NCBI GenBank assembly: GCA_964016885.1
Contig: OZ024741.1
Span: 7,254,001 to 7,318,000 of the forward strand
Direction of reading: 5' to 3'
Length of the DNA stretch: 64,000 nt
DNA from: Eledone cirrhosa
Lineage: Eukaryota
Both the position numbers and the translations under genes were made by a program. Position 1 is the stretch's first letter. Each line of letters starts with the position of its first letter. This document shows positions 11,813 through 25,800 of this stretch, piece after piece. Below the pieces are notes generated by a model. That model was not told the origin of the DNA and searched no databases. It saw nothing but the letters and a program-made list of their open reading frames with translations.

Positions 11813-14800
11813 TAAATAAGTATCACTCTATTTTCACTGTGAAGGTCGGTGGTTTAGTGGTGAGGGGTAATGGGTTCACAATGGTAAGGTGGTGTGTTGT
11901 GAAGGTCGGTGGTTTAGTGGTTAAGGGTGATGGGTTCACAATGGTAAGGTGGTGTGTTGTGAAGGTCGGTGGTTTAGTGGTTAGGGGTGATGGGTTCACA
12001 ATGGTAAGGTGGTGTGTTGTGAAGGTCGGTGGTTTAGTGGTGAGGGGTGATGGGTTCACGATGGTAAGGTGGTGTGTTGTGAAGGTCGGTGGTTTAGTGG
12101 TTAAGGGTGATGGGTTCACAATGGTAAGGTGGTGTGTTGTGAAGGTCGGTGGTTTAGTGGTTAGGGGTGATGGGTTCACAATGGTAAGGTGGTGTGTTGT
12201 GAAGGTCGGTGGTTTAGTGGTTGGGGTGATGGATTCACAATGGTAAGGTGGTGTGTTGTGAAGGTCGGTGGTTTAGTGGTTAGGGGTGATCGGTTCACAA
12301 TGGTAAGGTGGTGTGTTGTGAAGGTTGGTGGTTTAGTGGTTAAGGGTGATGGGTTCACAATGGTATGGTCGTGTGTTGTGAAGGTCGGTAGTTTAGTGGT
12401 GAGGGGTGATGGGTTCACAATGGTAAGGTGGTGTGTTTTGAAGGTCGGTGGTTTAGTGGTTAGGGGTGATTGGTTCACAATGGTAAGGTGGTGTGTTGTA
12501 AAGGTCGGTGGTTTAGTGGTTAGGGGTGATGGGTTCACAATAGTAAGGTGGTGTGTTGTGAAGGTCGGTGGTTTAGTGGTTAGAGGTGAGGGGTTCACAA
12601 TGGTAAGGTGGTGTGTTGTGAAGGTCGGTGGTTCAGTGGTTAGGAGTGATGGGTTCAGAATCGTAAGGTGGTGTGTGGTGAAGGTCGGTGGTTTAGTGGT
12701 TAGAGGTCAGGGGTTCACAATGGTAAGGTGGTGTGTTGTGAAGGTCGGTGGTTTAGTGGTTAGGGGTGATGGTTTCACAATGGTAAGGTGGTGTGTTGTG
12801 AAGGTCGGTGGTTTAGTGGTTAGAGGTGATGGGTTCACAATGGTAAGGTGGTGTGTTGTGAAGGTCGGTGGTTTAGTGGTTAGGGGTGATGGGTTCACAA
12901 TAGTGAGGTGGTGTGTTGTGAAGGTCGGTGGATTTGTGGTTAGGGGTTGGGTTCACAATGGTAAGGTGGTGTGTTGTGAAGTCGGTGGTTTAGTGGTTAG
13001 GAGTGAGGGGTTCACAATAGTAAGGTGGTGTGTTGTGAAGGTCGGTGGTTTAGTGGTTAGGGGTGATGGGTTCACAATGGTATGGTGTTGTGTTGTGAAA
13101 GTCGGTGGTTTAGTGGTTAGGGGTGATGGGTTTAGAATAGCAAGGTGGTGTGTTGTGAAGGTCGGTGGTTTTGTGGTTAGGGTTGATGGGTTCACAATGG
13201 TAAGGTGGTGTGTTGTGAAGGTCGGTGGTTTAGTGGTTAGGGTGGTGGGTTCACAATAGTAAGGTGGTGTGTTGTGAAGGTCGGTGGTTTAGTGGTTAGG
13301 GGAGATGGGTTCACAATAGTAAGGTGGTGTTTTGTGAAGGTCGGTGGTTTAGTGGTTAGGGGTGATGGGTTCAAAATAGTGAGGTGGTGTCTTGTGAAGG
13401 TCGGTGGTTTAGTGGTTAGGGGAGATGGGTTCACAATCGTAAGGTGGTGTGTTGTGAAGGTCGGTGGTTTAGTGGTTAGGGGTGATGGGTTCAGAATAGT
13501 AAGGTGGTGTGTTGTGAAGATCGGTGGTTTAGTGCTTAGGGTTGATGGGTTCACAATGGTATGGTCGTGTGTTGTGAAGGTCGGTGGTTTAGTGGTTGGG
13601 GGTGATGGGTTCACAATGGTAAGGTGGTGTGTTGTGAAGGTCGGTGGTCTAGTGGTTAGGGGTGATGCGTTGAGAATAGTGAGGTGGTCCGTTGTGAAGG
13701 TCTGTGGTTTAGTGGTTAGGGGTGATGCGTTCAGAATAGTAAGGTGGTGTGTTGTGAAGGTCGGTGGTTTAGTGGTTAGGGGTGATGGGTTCACAATGGT
13801 AAGGCGGGATGTTGTGATGGTCGGAGGTTTAGTGATTAGGGGTGATGGGTTCACAATGGTAAGGTGGTGTGTTGTGAAGGTCGGTGGTTTAGTGGTTAGG
13901 GGTGATGGGTTCACAATGGTATGGTCGTGTGTTGTGAAGGTCGGTAGTTTAGTGGTGAGGGGTGATGGGTTCACAATGGTAAGGTGGTGTGTTTTGAAGA
14001 TCGGTGGTTTAGTGGTTAGGGGTGATTGGTTCACAATGGTAAGGTGGTGTGTTGTGAAGGTCGGTGGTTTAGTGGTTAGGGGTGATGGGTTCACAATAGT
14101 AAGGTGGTGTGTTGTGAAGGTCGGTGGTTTAGTGGTTAGAGGTGAGGGGTTCACAATGGTAAGGTGGTGTGTTGTGAAGGTCGGTGGTTTAGTGGTTAGG
14201 GGTGATGGGTTCACAATGGTAAGGTGGTGTGTTGTGAAGGTCGGTGGTTCAGTGGTTAGGAGTGATGGGTTCAGAATCGTAAGGTGGTGTGTGGTGAAGG
14301 TCGGTGGTTTAGTGGTTAGAGGTGAGGGGTTCACAATGGTAAGGTGGTGTGTTGTGAAGGTCGGTGGTTTAGTGGTTAGGGGTGATGGTTTCACAATGGT
14401 AAGGTGGTGTGTTGTGAAGGTCGGTGGTTTAGTGGTTAGAGGTGATGGGTTCACAATGGTAAGGTGGTGTGTTGTGAAGGTCGGTGGTTTAGTGGTTAGG
14501 GGTGATGGGTTCACAATAGTGAGGTGGTGTGTTGTGAAGGTCGGTGGATTTGTGGTTAGGGGTTGGGTTCACAATGGTAAGGTGGTGTGTTGTGAAGTCG
14601 GTGGTTTAGTGGTTAGGAGTGAGGGGTTCACAATAGTAAGGTGGTGTGTTGTGAAGGTCGGTGGTTTAGTGGTTAGGGGTGATGGGTTCACAATGGTATG
14701 GTGTTGTGTTGTGAAAGTCGGTGGTTTAGTGGTTAGGGGTGATGGGTTCAGAATAGTAAGGTGGTGTGTTGTGAAGGTCGGTGGTTTTGTGGTTAGGGTT

Positions 14801-17800
14801 GATGGGTTCACAATGGTAAGGTGGTGTGTTGTGAAGGTCGGTGGTTTAGTGGTTAGGGTGGTGGGTTCACAATAGTAAGGTGGTGTGTTGTGAAGGTCGG
14901 TGGTTTAGTGGTTAGGGGAGATGGGTTCACAATAGTAAGGTGGTGTTTTGTGAAGGTCGGTGGTTTAGTGGTTAGGGGAGATGGGTTCACAATCGTAAGG
15001 TGGTGTGTTGTAAAGGTCGGTGGTTTAGTGGTTAGGGGAGATGGGTTCACAATAGTGAGGTGGTGTCTTGTGAAGGTCGGTGGTTTTGTGGTTAGGGGTG
15101 ATGGGTTCAGAATAGTAAGGTGGTGTGTTGTGAAGGTCGGTGGTTTTGTGGTTAGGGGTGATGAGTTCACAATGGTAAGGTGGTGTGTTCTGAAGGTCGG
15201 TGGATTTGTGGTTAGTGGTTGGGTTCACAATGGTAAGGTGGTGTGTTGTGAAGTCGGTGGTTTAGTGGTTAGGAGTGAGGGGTTCACAATAGTAAGGTGG
15301 TGTGTTCTGAAGGTCGGTGGTTTAGAGGTTAGGGGTGATGGGTTCAGAATAGTAAGGTTGTGTGTTGTGAAGGTCGGTGGTTTAGTGGTTAGGGTTGATG
15401 GGTTCACAATGGTAAGGTGGTGTGTTGTGAAGGTCGGTAGTTTAGTGGTTAGGGGTGATGCGTTGAGAATAGTAAGGTGGTGTGTTGTGAAGGTCGGTCG
15501 TTTAGTGGTTAGGGGAGATGGGTTCACAATAGTAAGGTGGTTTGTTGTGAAGGTCGGTGGTTTAAAGGTTAGGGGTGATGGGTTCAGAATATTAAGGTGG
15601 TGTGTTGTGAAGGTCGGTGGTTTAGTGCTTAGGGTTGATGGGTTCACAATGGTATGGTCGTGTGTTGTGAAGGTCGGTGGTTTAGTGGTTGGGGGTGATG
15701 GGTTCACAATGGTAAGGTGGTGTGTTGTGAAGGTCGGTGGTCTAGTGGTTAGGGGTGATGCGTTGAGAATAGTAAGGTGGTCCGTTGTGAAGGTCTGTGG
15801 TTTAGTGGTTAGGGGTGATGCGTTCAGAATAGTAAGGTGGTGTGTTGTGAAGGTTGGTGGTTTAGTGGTTAGGGGTGATGGGTTCACAATGGTAAGGCGG
15901 GATGTTGTGAAGGTCGGAGGTTTAGTGATTAGGGGTGATGGGTTCACAATGGTAAGGTGGTGTGTGGTGAAGGTCGGTGGTTTAGTGGTTAAGGGTGATG
16001 GGTTCACAATGGTAAGGTGGTGTGTTGTGAAGGTCGGTGGTTTAGTGGTTAGGGGTGATGGGTTCACAATGGTAAGGCGGGATGTTGTGAAGGTCGGAGG
16101 TTTAGTGATTAGGGGTGATGGGTTCACAATGGTAAGGTGGTGTGTGGTGAAGGTCGGTGGTTTAGTGGTTAGAGGTGATGGGTTCACAATGGTAAGGTGG
16201 TGTGTTGTGAAGGTCGGTGGTTTAGTGGTTAGGAGTGATGGGTTCACAATAGTAAGGTGGTGTGTTGTGAAGGTCGGTTGTTTAGTGGTTAGGGCTGATG
16301 GCTTCACAATGGTAAGGTGGTGTGTTGTGAAGGTCGGTGGTTTAGTGGTTAGGGGTGATGGGTTCACAATGGTAAGGTGGTCCGTTGTGAAGGTCGGTGG
16401 TTTAGTGGTTAGGGGTGATGGGTTCACAATGGTAAGGTGGTGTGTTGTGAAGGTCGGTGGTTTAGTGGTTAGGGGTGATGGGTTCACAATGGTAAGGCGG
16501 GATGTTGTGAAGGTCGGAGGTTTAGTGATTAGGGGTGATGGGTTCACAATGGTAAGGTGGTGTGTGGTGAAGGTCGGTGGTTTAGTGGTTAGGGGTGATG
16601 GTTTCACAATGGTAAGGTGGTGTGTTGTGAAGGTCGTTGGTTTAGTGGTTAGAGGTGATGGGTTCACAACGGTAAGGTGGTGTGTTGTGAAGGTCGGTGG
16701 TTTAGTGGTTAGGGGTAATGAGTTCACAATGGTAAGGTGGTGTGTTGTGAAGGTCCGTGGTTCAGTGGTTAGGAGTGATGGGTTCACAATGGTAAGGTGG
16801 TGTGTGGTGAAGGTCGGTGGTTTAGTGGTTAGAGGTGATGGGTTCACAATGGTAAGGTGGTGTGTTGTGAAGGTCGGTGGTTTAGTGGTTAGGGGTAATG
16901 AGTTCACAATGGTAAGATGGTGTGTTGTGAAGGTCGGTAGTTTAGTAGTTAGGGGGGATGGGTTCACAATGGTAAGGTGGTGTGTTGTGAAGGTCGGTGG
17001 TTTAGTGGTTAGGGGTGATGGGTTCACAATAGTGAGGTGGTGTGTTGTGAAGGTCGGTGGATTTGTGGTTAGGGGTTGGGTTTACAATGGTAAGGTGGTG
17101 TGTTGTGAAGTCGGTGTTTTAGTGGTTAGGAGTGAGGGGTTCACAATAGTAAGGTGGTGTGTTGTGAAGGTCGGTGCTTTAGTGGTTAGGGGTGATGGGT
17201 TCACAATGGTATGGTGTTGTGTTGTGAAAGTCGGTGGTTTAGTGGTTAGGGGTGATGGGTTCAGAATAGTAAGGTGGTGTGTTGTGAAGGTCGGTGGTTT
17301 AGTGGTTAGGGGAGATGGGTTCACAATAGTAAGGTGGTGTTTTGTGAAGGTCGGTGGTTTAGTGGTTAGGGGTGATGGGTTCAAAATAGTAAGGTGATGT
17401 GTTGTGAAGGTCGGTGGTTTAGTGGTTAGGGGAGATGGGTTCACAATCGTAAGGTGGTGTGTTGTCAAGATCGGTGGTTTAGTGGTTAGGGGAGATGGGT
17501 TAACAATCGTAAGGTGGTGTGTTGTAAAGGTCTGTGGTTTAGTGGTCAGGGGAGATGGGTTCACAATAGTGAGGTGGTGTCTTGTGAAGGTCGGTGGTTT
17601 TGTGGTTAGGGGTGATGGGCTGACAATGGTAAGGCGGTGTGTTGTGAATGTCGGTGGTTTAGTGGTTAGGGGTGATGGGTTCAGAATAGTAAGGTGGTGT
17701 GTTGTGAAGGTCGGTGGCTTTGTGGTTAGGGGTGATGAGTTCACAATGGTAAGGTGGTGTGTTCTGAAGGTCGGTGGTTTAGTGGTTAGGGGTGATGGGT

Positions 17801-19829
17801 TCACAATGGTATGATGGTGTGTTGTGAAGGTCGGTGGTTTAGTGGTTAGGGGTGATGGGTTCACAATAGTAAAGTGGTGTGTTGTGAAGGTCGGTGGTTT
17901 AGTGGTTAGGGGTGATGGGTTGACAATGGTAAGGTGGTGTGTTGTGAATATCGGTGGTTTAGTGGTTAGGGGTGATGGGTTCACAATAGTAAGGTGGTGT
18001 GTTGTGAAGGTCGGTGGTTTAGAGGTTAGGGTTGATGGGTTCACAATGGTAAGGTGGTGTGCTGTGAAGGTCGGTGGTTTATTGGTTAGGAGTGATGGAT
18101 TCACAATAGTGAGGTGGTGTGTTGTGAAGGTCGGTGGATTTGTGGTTAGTGGTTGGGTTCACAATGGTAAGGTGGTGTGTTGTGAAGTCGGTGGTTTAGT
18201 GGTTAGGAGTGAGGGGTTCACAATGGTAAGGTGGTGTGTTGTGAAGGTCGGTGGTTTAGTGGTTAGGGTTGATGGGTTCACAATGGTATGGTCGTGTGTT
18301 GTGAAGGTCGGTGGTTTAGTGGTTAGGGGTGATGGGTTCACAATGGTAAGGTGGTGTGTTGTGAAGGTCGGTGGTTTAGTGGTTAGGGGTGATGCGTTCA
18401 GAATAGTAAGGTGGTGTGTTGTGAAGGTCGGTGGTTTAGTGGTTAGGGGTGATGGGTTCACAATGGTAAGGCGGGATGTTGTGAAGGTCGGAGGTTTAGT
18501 GATTAGGGGTGATGGGTTCACAATGGTAAGGTGGTGTGTTGTGAAGGTCGGTGATTTAGTGGTTAGGGGTGATGGGTTCACAATGGTAATGTGGTGTGTT
18601 GTGAAGGTCGGTAGTTTAGTGGTTAGTGGTGATGGGTTCACAATGGTATGGTCGTGTGTTGTGAAGGTCGGTTGTTTAGTGGTTAGGGGTGATGGGTTCA
18701 CAATGGTATGGTCGTGTGTTGTGAAGGTCGGTTGTTTAGTGGTTAGGTGTGATGGGTTCACAATGGTAAGGTGGTGTGTTGTGAAGGTCGGTGGTTTACT
18801 GGTTAGGGCTGATGGCTTCACAATGGTAAGGTGGTGTGTGGTGAAGGTCGGTGGTTTAGTGGTTAGAGGTGATGGGTTCACAATGGTAAGGTGGTGTGTT
18901 GTGAAGGTCGGTGGTTTAGTGGTTAGGAGTGATGGGTTCACAATAGTAAGGTGGTGTGTTGTGAAGGTCGGTTGTTTAGTGGTTAGGGCTGATGGCTTCA
19001 CAATGGTAAGGTGGTGTGTTGTGAAGGTCGGTGGTTTAGTGGTTAGGGGTGATGGGTTCACAATGGTAAGGTGGTCCGTTGTGAAGGTCGGTGGTTTAGT
19101 GGTTAGGGGTGATGGGTTCACAATGGTAAGGTGGTGTGTTGTGAAGGTCGGTGGTTTAGTGGTTAGGGGTGATGGGTTCACAATGGTAAGGCGGGATGTT
19201 GTGAAGGTCGGAGGTTTAGTGATTAGGGGTGATGGGTTTAAAATGGTAAGGTGGTGTGTGGTGAAGGTCGGTGGTTTAGTGGTTAGGGGTGATGGTTTCA
19301 CAATGGTAAGGTGGTGTGTTGTGAAGGTCGTTGGTTTAGTGGTTAGGGGTAATGGGTTCACAATGGTAAGGTGGTGTGTTGTGAAGGTCCGTGGTTCAGT
19401 GGTTAGGAGTGATGGGTTCACAATGGTAAGGTGGTGTGTGGTGAAGGTCGGTGGTTTAGTGGTTAGAGGTGATGGGTTCACAATGGTAAGGTGGTGTGTT
19501 GTGAAGGTCGGTGGTTTAGTGGTTAGGGGTAATGAGTTCACAATGGTAAGATGGTGTGTTGTGAAGGTCGGTAGTTTAGTAGTTAGGGGGGATGGGTTCA
19601 CAATGGTAAGGTGGTGTGTTGTGAAGGTCGGTGGTTTAGTGGTTAGGGGTGATGGGTTCACAATAGTGAGGTGGTGTGTTGTGAAGATCGGTGGATTTGT
19701 GGTTAGGGGTTGGGTTTACAATGGTAAGGTGGTGTGTTGTGAAGTCGGTGGTTTAGTGGTTAGGAGTGAGGGGTTCACAATAGTAAGGTGGTGTGTTGTG
19801 AAGGTCGGTGCTTTAGTGGTTAGGGGTGA

Positions 19830-22800
19830 TGGGTTCACAATGGTATGGTGTTGTGTTGTGAAAGTCGCTGGTTTAGTGGTTAGGGGTGATGGGTTCAGAA
19901 TAGTAAGGTGGTGTGTTGTGAAGGTCGGTGGTTTAGTGGTTAGGGGTGATGGGTTCAAAATAGTGAGGTGGTGTCTTGTGAAGGTCGGTGGTTTAGTGGT
20001 TAGGGGAGATGGGTTCACAATCGTAAGGTGGTGTGTTGTCAAGATCGGTTGTTTAGTGGTTAGGGGAGATGGGTTAACAATCGTAAGGTGGTGTGTTGTA
20101 AAGGTCTGTGGTTTAGTGGTCAGGGGAGATGGGTTCACAATAGTGAGGTGGTGTCTTGTGAAGGTCGGTGGTTTTGTGGTTAGGGGTGATGGGCTCACAA
20201 TGGTAAGGCGGTGTGTTGTGAATGTCGGTGGTTTAGTGGTTAGGGGTGATGGGTTCAGAATAGTAAGGTGGTGTGTTGTGAAGGTCGGTGGCTTTGTGGC
20301 TAGGGGTGATGAGTTCACAATGGTAAGGTGGTGTGTTCTGAAGGTCGGTGGTTTAGTGGTTAGGGGTGATGGGTTCACAATGGTATGATGGTGTGTTGTG
20401 AAGGTCGGTGGTTTAGTGGTTAGGGGTGATGGGTTCACAATAGTAAAGTGGTGTGTTGTGAAGGTCGGTGGTTTAGTGGTTAGGGGTGATGGGTTGACAA
20501 TGGTAAGGTGGTGTGTTGTGAATATCGGTGGTTTAGTGGTTAGGGGTGATGGGTTCACAATAGTAAGGTGGTGTGTTGTGAAGGTCGGTGGTTTAGTGGT
20601 TAGGGTTGATGGGTTCACAATGGTAAGGTCGTGTGCTGTGAAGGTCGGTGGTTTATTGGTCAGGAGTGATGGATTCACAATAGTGAGGTGGTGTGTTGTG
20701 AAGGTCGGTGGATTTGTGGTTAGTGGTTGGGTTCACAATGATAAGGTGGTGTGTTGTGAAGTCGGTGGTTTAGTGGTTAGGAGTGAGGGGTTCACAATGG
20801 TAAGGTGGTGTGTTGTGAAGGTCGGTGGTTTAGTGGTTAGGGTTGATGGGTTCACAATGGTATGGTCGTGTGTTGTGAAGGTCGGTGGTTTAGTGGTTAG
20901 GGGTGATGGGTTCACAATGGTAAGGTGGTGTGTTGTGAAGGTCGGTGGTTTAGTGGTTAGGGGTGATGCGTTCAGAATAGTAAGGTGGTGTGTTGTGAAG
21001 GTCGGTGGTTTAGTGGTTAGGGGTGATGGGTTCACAATGGTAAGGCGGGATGTTGTGAAGGTCGGAGGTTTAGTGATTAGGGGTGATGGGTTCACAATGG
21101 TAAGGTGGTGTGTTGTGAAGGTCGGTGATTTAGTGGTTAGGGGTGATGGGTTCACAATGGTAATGTGGTGTGTTGTGAAGGTCGGTAGTTTAGTGGTTAG
21201 TGGTGATGGGTTCACAATGGTATGGTCGTGTGTTGTGAAGGTCGGTTGTTTAGTGGTTAGGGGTGATGGGTTCACAATGGTATGGTCGTGTGTTGTGAAG
21301 GTCGGTTGTTTAGTGGTTAGGTGTGATGGGTTCACAATGGTAAGGTGGTGTGTTGTGAAGGTCGGTGGTTTACTGGTTAGGGCTGATGGCTTCACAATGG
21401 TAAGGTGGTGTGTTGTGAAGGTCGGTGGTTTAGTGGTTAGGGGTGATGGGTTCACAATGGTAAGGTGGTGTGTTGTGAAGGTCGGTGGTTTAGTGGTTAG
21501 GGGAGATGGGTTCACAATAGTGAGGTGGTGTGTTGTGAAGGTCGGTGGTTTTGTGGTTAGGGGTGATGGGTTCACAATGGTAAGGTGGTGTGTTGTGAAG
21601 GTCGGTGGTTTAGTGGTTAGGAGTGATGGGTTCACGATGGTAAGGTGGTGTGCTGTGAAGTCGGTGGTTTAGTGGTTAGGAGTGATGGGTTCACAATAGT
21701 AAGGTGGTGTGTTGTGAAGGTCGGTTGTTTAGTGGTTAGGGCTGATGGCTTCACAATGTTAAGGCCGGATGTTGTGAAGGTCGGTGGTTTAGTGGTTAGG
21801 TGTGATGGGTTCACAATGGTAAGGTGGTGTGTTGTGGAGGTCGGTGGTTTAGTGGTCAGGTGTGATGGGTTCACAATGGTAAGGTGGTGTGTTGTGAAGG
21901 TCGGTGGTTAGTGGTTAGTGGTGATGGGTTCACAATTGTAAGGTCGTGTGTTGTGAAGGTCGGTGGTTTAGTGGTTAGGAGTGAGGGGTTCAGAATAGTA
22001 AGGTGGTGTGTTGTGAAGGTCGGTGGTTTAGTGGTTAGGGGTGATGGGTTCACAATGGTAAGGTGGTGTGTTGTGAAGGTCGGTGGTTTAGTGGTTAGGG
22101 GTGATGGGTTCACAATGGTAAGGCGGGATGTTGTGAAGGTCGGGGGTTTAGTGATTAGGGGTGATGGGTTCACAATGGTAAGGTGGTGTGTGGTGAAGGT
22201 CGGTGGTTTAGTGGTTAGGGGTGATGGTTTCACAATGGTAAGGTGGTGTGTTGTGAAGGTCGTTGGTTTAGTGGTTAGGGGTAATGGGTTCACAAAGGTA
22301 AGGTGGTATGTTGTGAAGGTCGGTGGTTTAGTGGTTAGGAGTGATGGGTTCACAATGGTAAGGTGGTGTGTTGTGAAGGTCGGTGGTTTAGTGGTTAAGG
22401 GTGATGGGTTCACAATGGTAAGGTGGTGTGTTGTGAAGGTCGGTGGTTTAGTGGTTAGGGGTGATGGGTTCACAATGGTAAGGTGGTGTGTTGTGAAGGT
22501 CGGTGGTTTAGTGGTTAGGGTGATGGGTTCACAATGGTAAGGTGGTGTGTTGTGAAGGTCGGTGGTTTAGTGGTTAGGGGTGATGGGTTCACAATGGTAA
22601 GGTGGTGTGTTGTGAAGTTCGGTGGTTTAGTGGTTAGGGGTGATGGGTTCACAATGGTAAGGCGGTCCGTTGTGAAGGTCGGTGGTTTAGTGGTTAGGGG
22701 TGATGGGTTCACAATGGTATGGTGTTGTGTTGTGAAAGTCGCTGGTTTAGTGGTTAGGGGTGATGGGTTCAGAATAGTAAGGTGGTGTGTTGTGAAGGTC

Positions 22801-25800
22801 GGTGGTTTAGTGGTTAGGGGTGATGGGTTCAAAATAGTGAGGTGGTGTCTTGTGAAGGTCGGTGGTTTAGTGGTTAGGGGAGATGGGTTCACAATCGTAA
22901 GGTGGTGTGTTGTCAAGATCGGTGGTTTAGTGGTTAGGGGAGATGGGTTAACAATCGTAAGGTGGTGTGTTGTAAAGGTCTGTGGTTTAGTGGTCAGGGG
23001 AGATGGGTTCACAATAGTGAGGTGGTGTCTTGTGAAGGTCGGTGGTTTTGTGGTTAGGGGTGATGGGCTCACAATGGTAAGGCGGTGTGTTGTGAATGTC
23101 GGTGGTTTAGTGGTTAGGGGTGATGGGTTCAGAATAGTAAGGTGGTGTGTTGTGAAGGTCGGTGGCTTTGTGGCTAGGGGTGATGAGTTCACAATGGTAA
23201 GGTGGTGTGTTCTGAAGGTCGGTGGTTTAGTGGTTAGGGGTGATGGGTTCACAATGGTATGATGGTGTGTTGTGAAGGTCGGTGGTTTAGTGGTTAGGGG
23301 TGATGGGTTCACAATAGTAAAGTGGTGTGTTGTGAAGGTCGGTGGTTTAGTGGTTAGGGGTGATGGGTTGACAATGGTAAGGTGGTGTGTTGTGAATATC
23401 GGTGGTTTAGTGGTTAGGGGTGATGGGTTCACAATAGTAAGGTGGTGTGTTGTGAAGGTCGGTGGTTTAGTGGTTAGGGTTGATGGGTTCACAATGGTAA
23501 GGTCGTGTGCTGTGAAGGTCGGTGGTTTATTGGTCAGGAGTGATGGATTCACAATAGTGAGGTGGTGTGTTGTGAAGGTCGGTGGATTTGTGGTTAGTGG
23601 TTGGGTTCACAATGGTAAGGTGGTGTGTTGTGAAGTCGGTGGTTTAGTGGTTAGGAGTGAGGGGTTCACAATGGTAAGGTGGTGTGTTGTGAAGGTCGGT
23701 GGTTTAGTGGTTAGGGTTGATGGGTTCACAATGGTATGGTCGTGTGTTGTGAAGGTCGGTGGTTTAGTGGTTAGGGGTGATGGGTTCACAATGGTAAGGT
23801 GGTGTGTTGTGAAGGTCGGTGGTTTAGTGGTTAGGGGTGATGCGTTCAGAATAGTAAGGTGGTGTGTTGTGAAGGTCGGTGGTTTAGTGGTTAGGGGTGA
23901 TGGGTTCACAATGGTAAGGCGGGATGTTGTGAAGGTCGGAGGTTTAGTGATTAGGGGTGATGGGTTCACAATGGTAAGGTGTTGTGTTGTGAAGGTCGGT
24001 GATTTAGTGGTTAGGGGTGATGGGTTCACAATGGTAATGTGGTGTGTTGTGAAGGTCGGTAGTTTAGTGGTTAGTGGTGATGGGTTCACAATGGTATGGT
24101 CGTGTGTTGTGAAGGTCGGTTGTTTAGTGGTTAGGGGTGATGGGTTCACAATGGTATGGTCGTGTGTTGTGAAGGTCGGTTGTTTAGTGGTTAGGTGTGA
24201 TGGGTTCACAATGGTAAGGTGGTGTGTTGTGAAGGTCGGTGGTTTACTGGTTAGGGCTGATGGCTTCACAATGGTAAGGTGGTGTGTTGTGAAGGTCGGT
24301 GGTTTAGTGGTTAGGGGTGATGGGTTCACAATGGTAAGGTGGTGTGTTGTGAAGGTCGGTGGTTTAGTGGTTAGGGGAGATGGGTTCACAATAGTGAGGT
24401 GGTGTGTTGTGAAGGTCGGTGGTTTTGTGGTTAGGGGTGATGGGTTCACAATGGTAAGGTGGTGTGTTGTGAAGGTCGGTGGTTTAGTGGTTAGGAGTGA
24501 TGGGTTCACGATGGTAAGGTGGTGTGCTGTGAAGTCGGTGGTTTAGTGGTTAGGAGTGATGGGTTCACAATAGTAAGGTGGTGTGTTGTGAAGGTCGGTT
24601 GTTTAGTGGTTAGGGCTGATGGCTTCACAATGTTAAGGCCGGATGTTGTGAAGGTCGGTGGTTTAGTGGTTAGGTGTGATGGGTTCACAATGGTAAGGTG
24701 GTGTGTTGTGAAGGTCGGTGGTTTAGTGGTCAGGTGTGATGGGTTCACAATGGTAAGGTGGTGTGTTGTGAAGGTCGGTGGTTAGTGGTTAGTGGTGATG
24801 GGTTCACAATTGTAAGGTCGTGTGTTGTGAAGGTCGGTGGTTTAGTGGTTAGGAGTGAGGGGTTCAGAATAGTAAGGTGGTGTGTTGTGAAGGTCGGTGG
24901 TTTAGTGGTTAGGGGTGATGGGTTCACAATGGTAAGGTGGTGTGTTGTGAAGGTCGGTGGTTTAGTGGTTAGGGGTGATGGGTTCACAATGGTAAGGCGG
25001 GATGTTGTGAAGGTCGGGGGTTTAGTGATTAGGGGTGATGGGTTCACAATGGTAAGGTGGTGTGTGGTGAAGGTCGGTGGTTTAGTGGTTAGGGGTGATG
25101 GTTTCACAATGGTAAGGTGGTGTGTTGTGAAGGTCGTTGGTTTAGTGGTTAGGGGTAATGGGTTCACAAAGGTAAGGTGGTATGTTGTGAAGGTCGGTGG
25201 TTTAGTGGTTAGGAGTGATGGGTTCACAATGGTAAGGTGGTGTGTTGTGAAGGTCGGTGGTTTAGTGGTTAAGGGTGATGGGTTCACAATGGTAAGGTGG
25301 TGTGTTGTGAAGGTCGGTGGTTTAGTGGTTAGGGGTGATGGGTTCACAATGGTAAGGTGGTGTGTTGTGAAGGTCGGTGGTTTAGTGGTTAGGGTGATGG
25401 GTTCACAATGGTAAGGTGGTGTGTTGTGAAGGTCGGTGGTTTAGTGGTTAGGGGTGATGGGTTCACAATGGTAAGGTGGTGTGTTGTGAAGTTCGGTGGA
25501 TTTGTGGTTAGTGGTTGGGTTCACAATGGTAAGGTGGTGTGTTGTGAAGTCGGTGGTTTAGTGGTTAGGAGTGAGGGGTTCACAATGGTAAGGTGGTGTG
25601 TTGTGAAGGTCGGTGGTTTAGTGGTTAGGGTTGATGGGTTCACAATGGTATGGTCGTGTGTTGTGAAGGTCGGTGGTTTAGTGGTTAGGGGTGATGGGTT
25701 CACAATGGTAAGGTGGTGTGTTGTGAAGGTCGGTGGTTTAGTGGTTAGGGGTGATGCGTTCAGAATAGTAAGGTGGTGTGTTGTGAAGGTCGGTGGTTTA

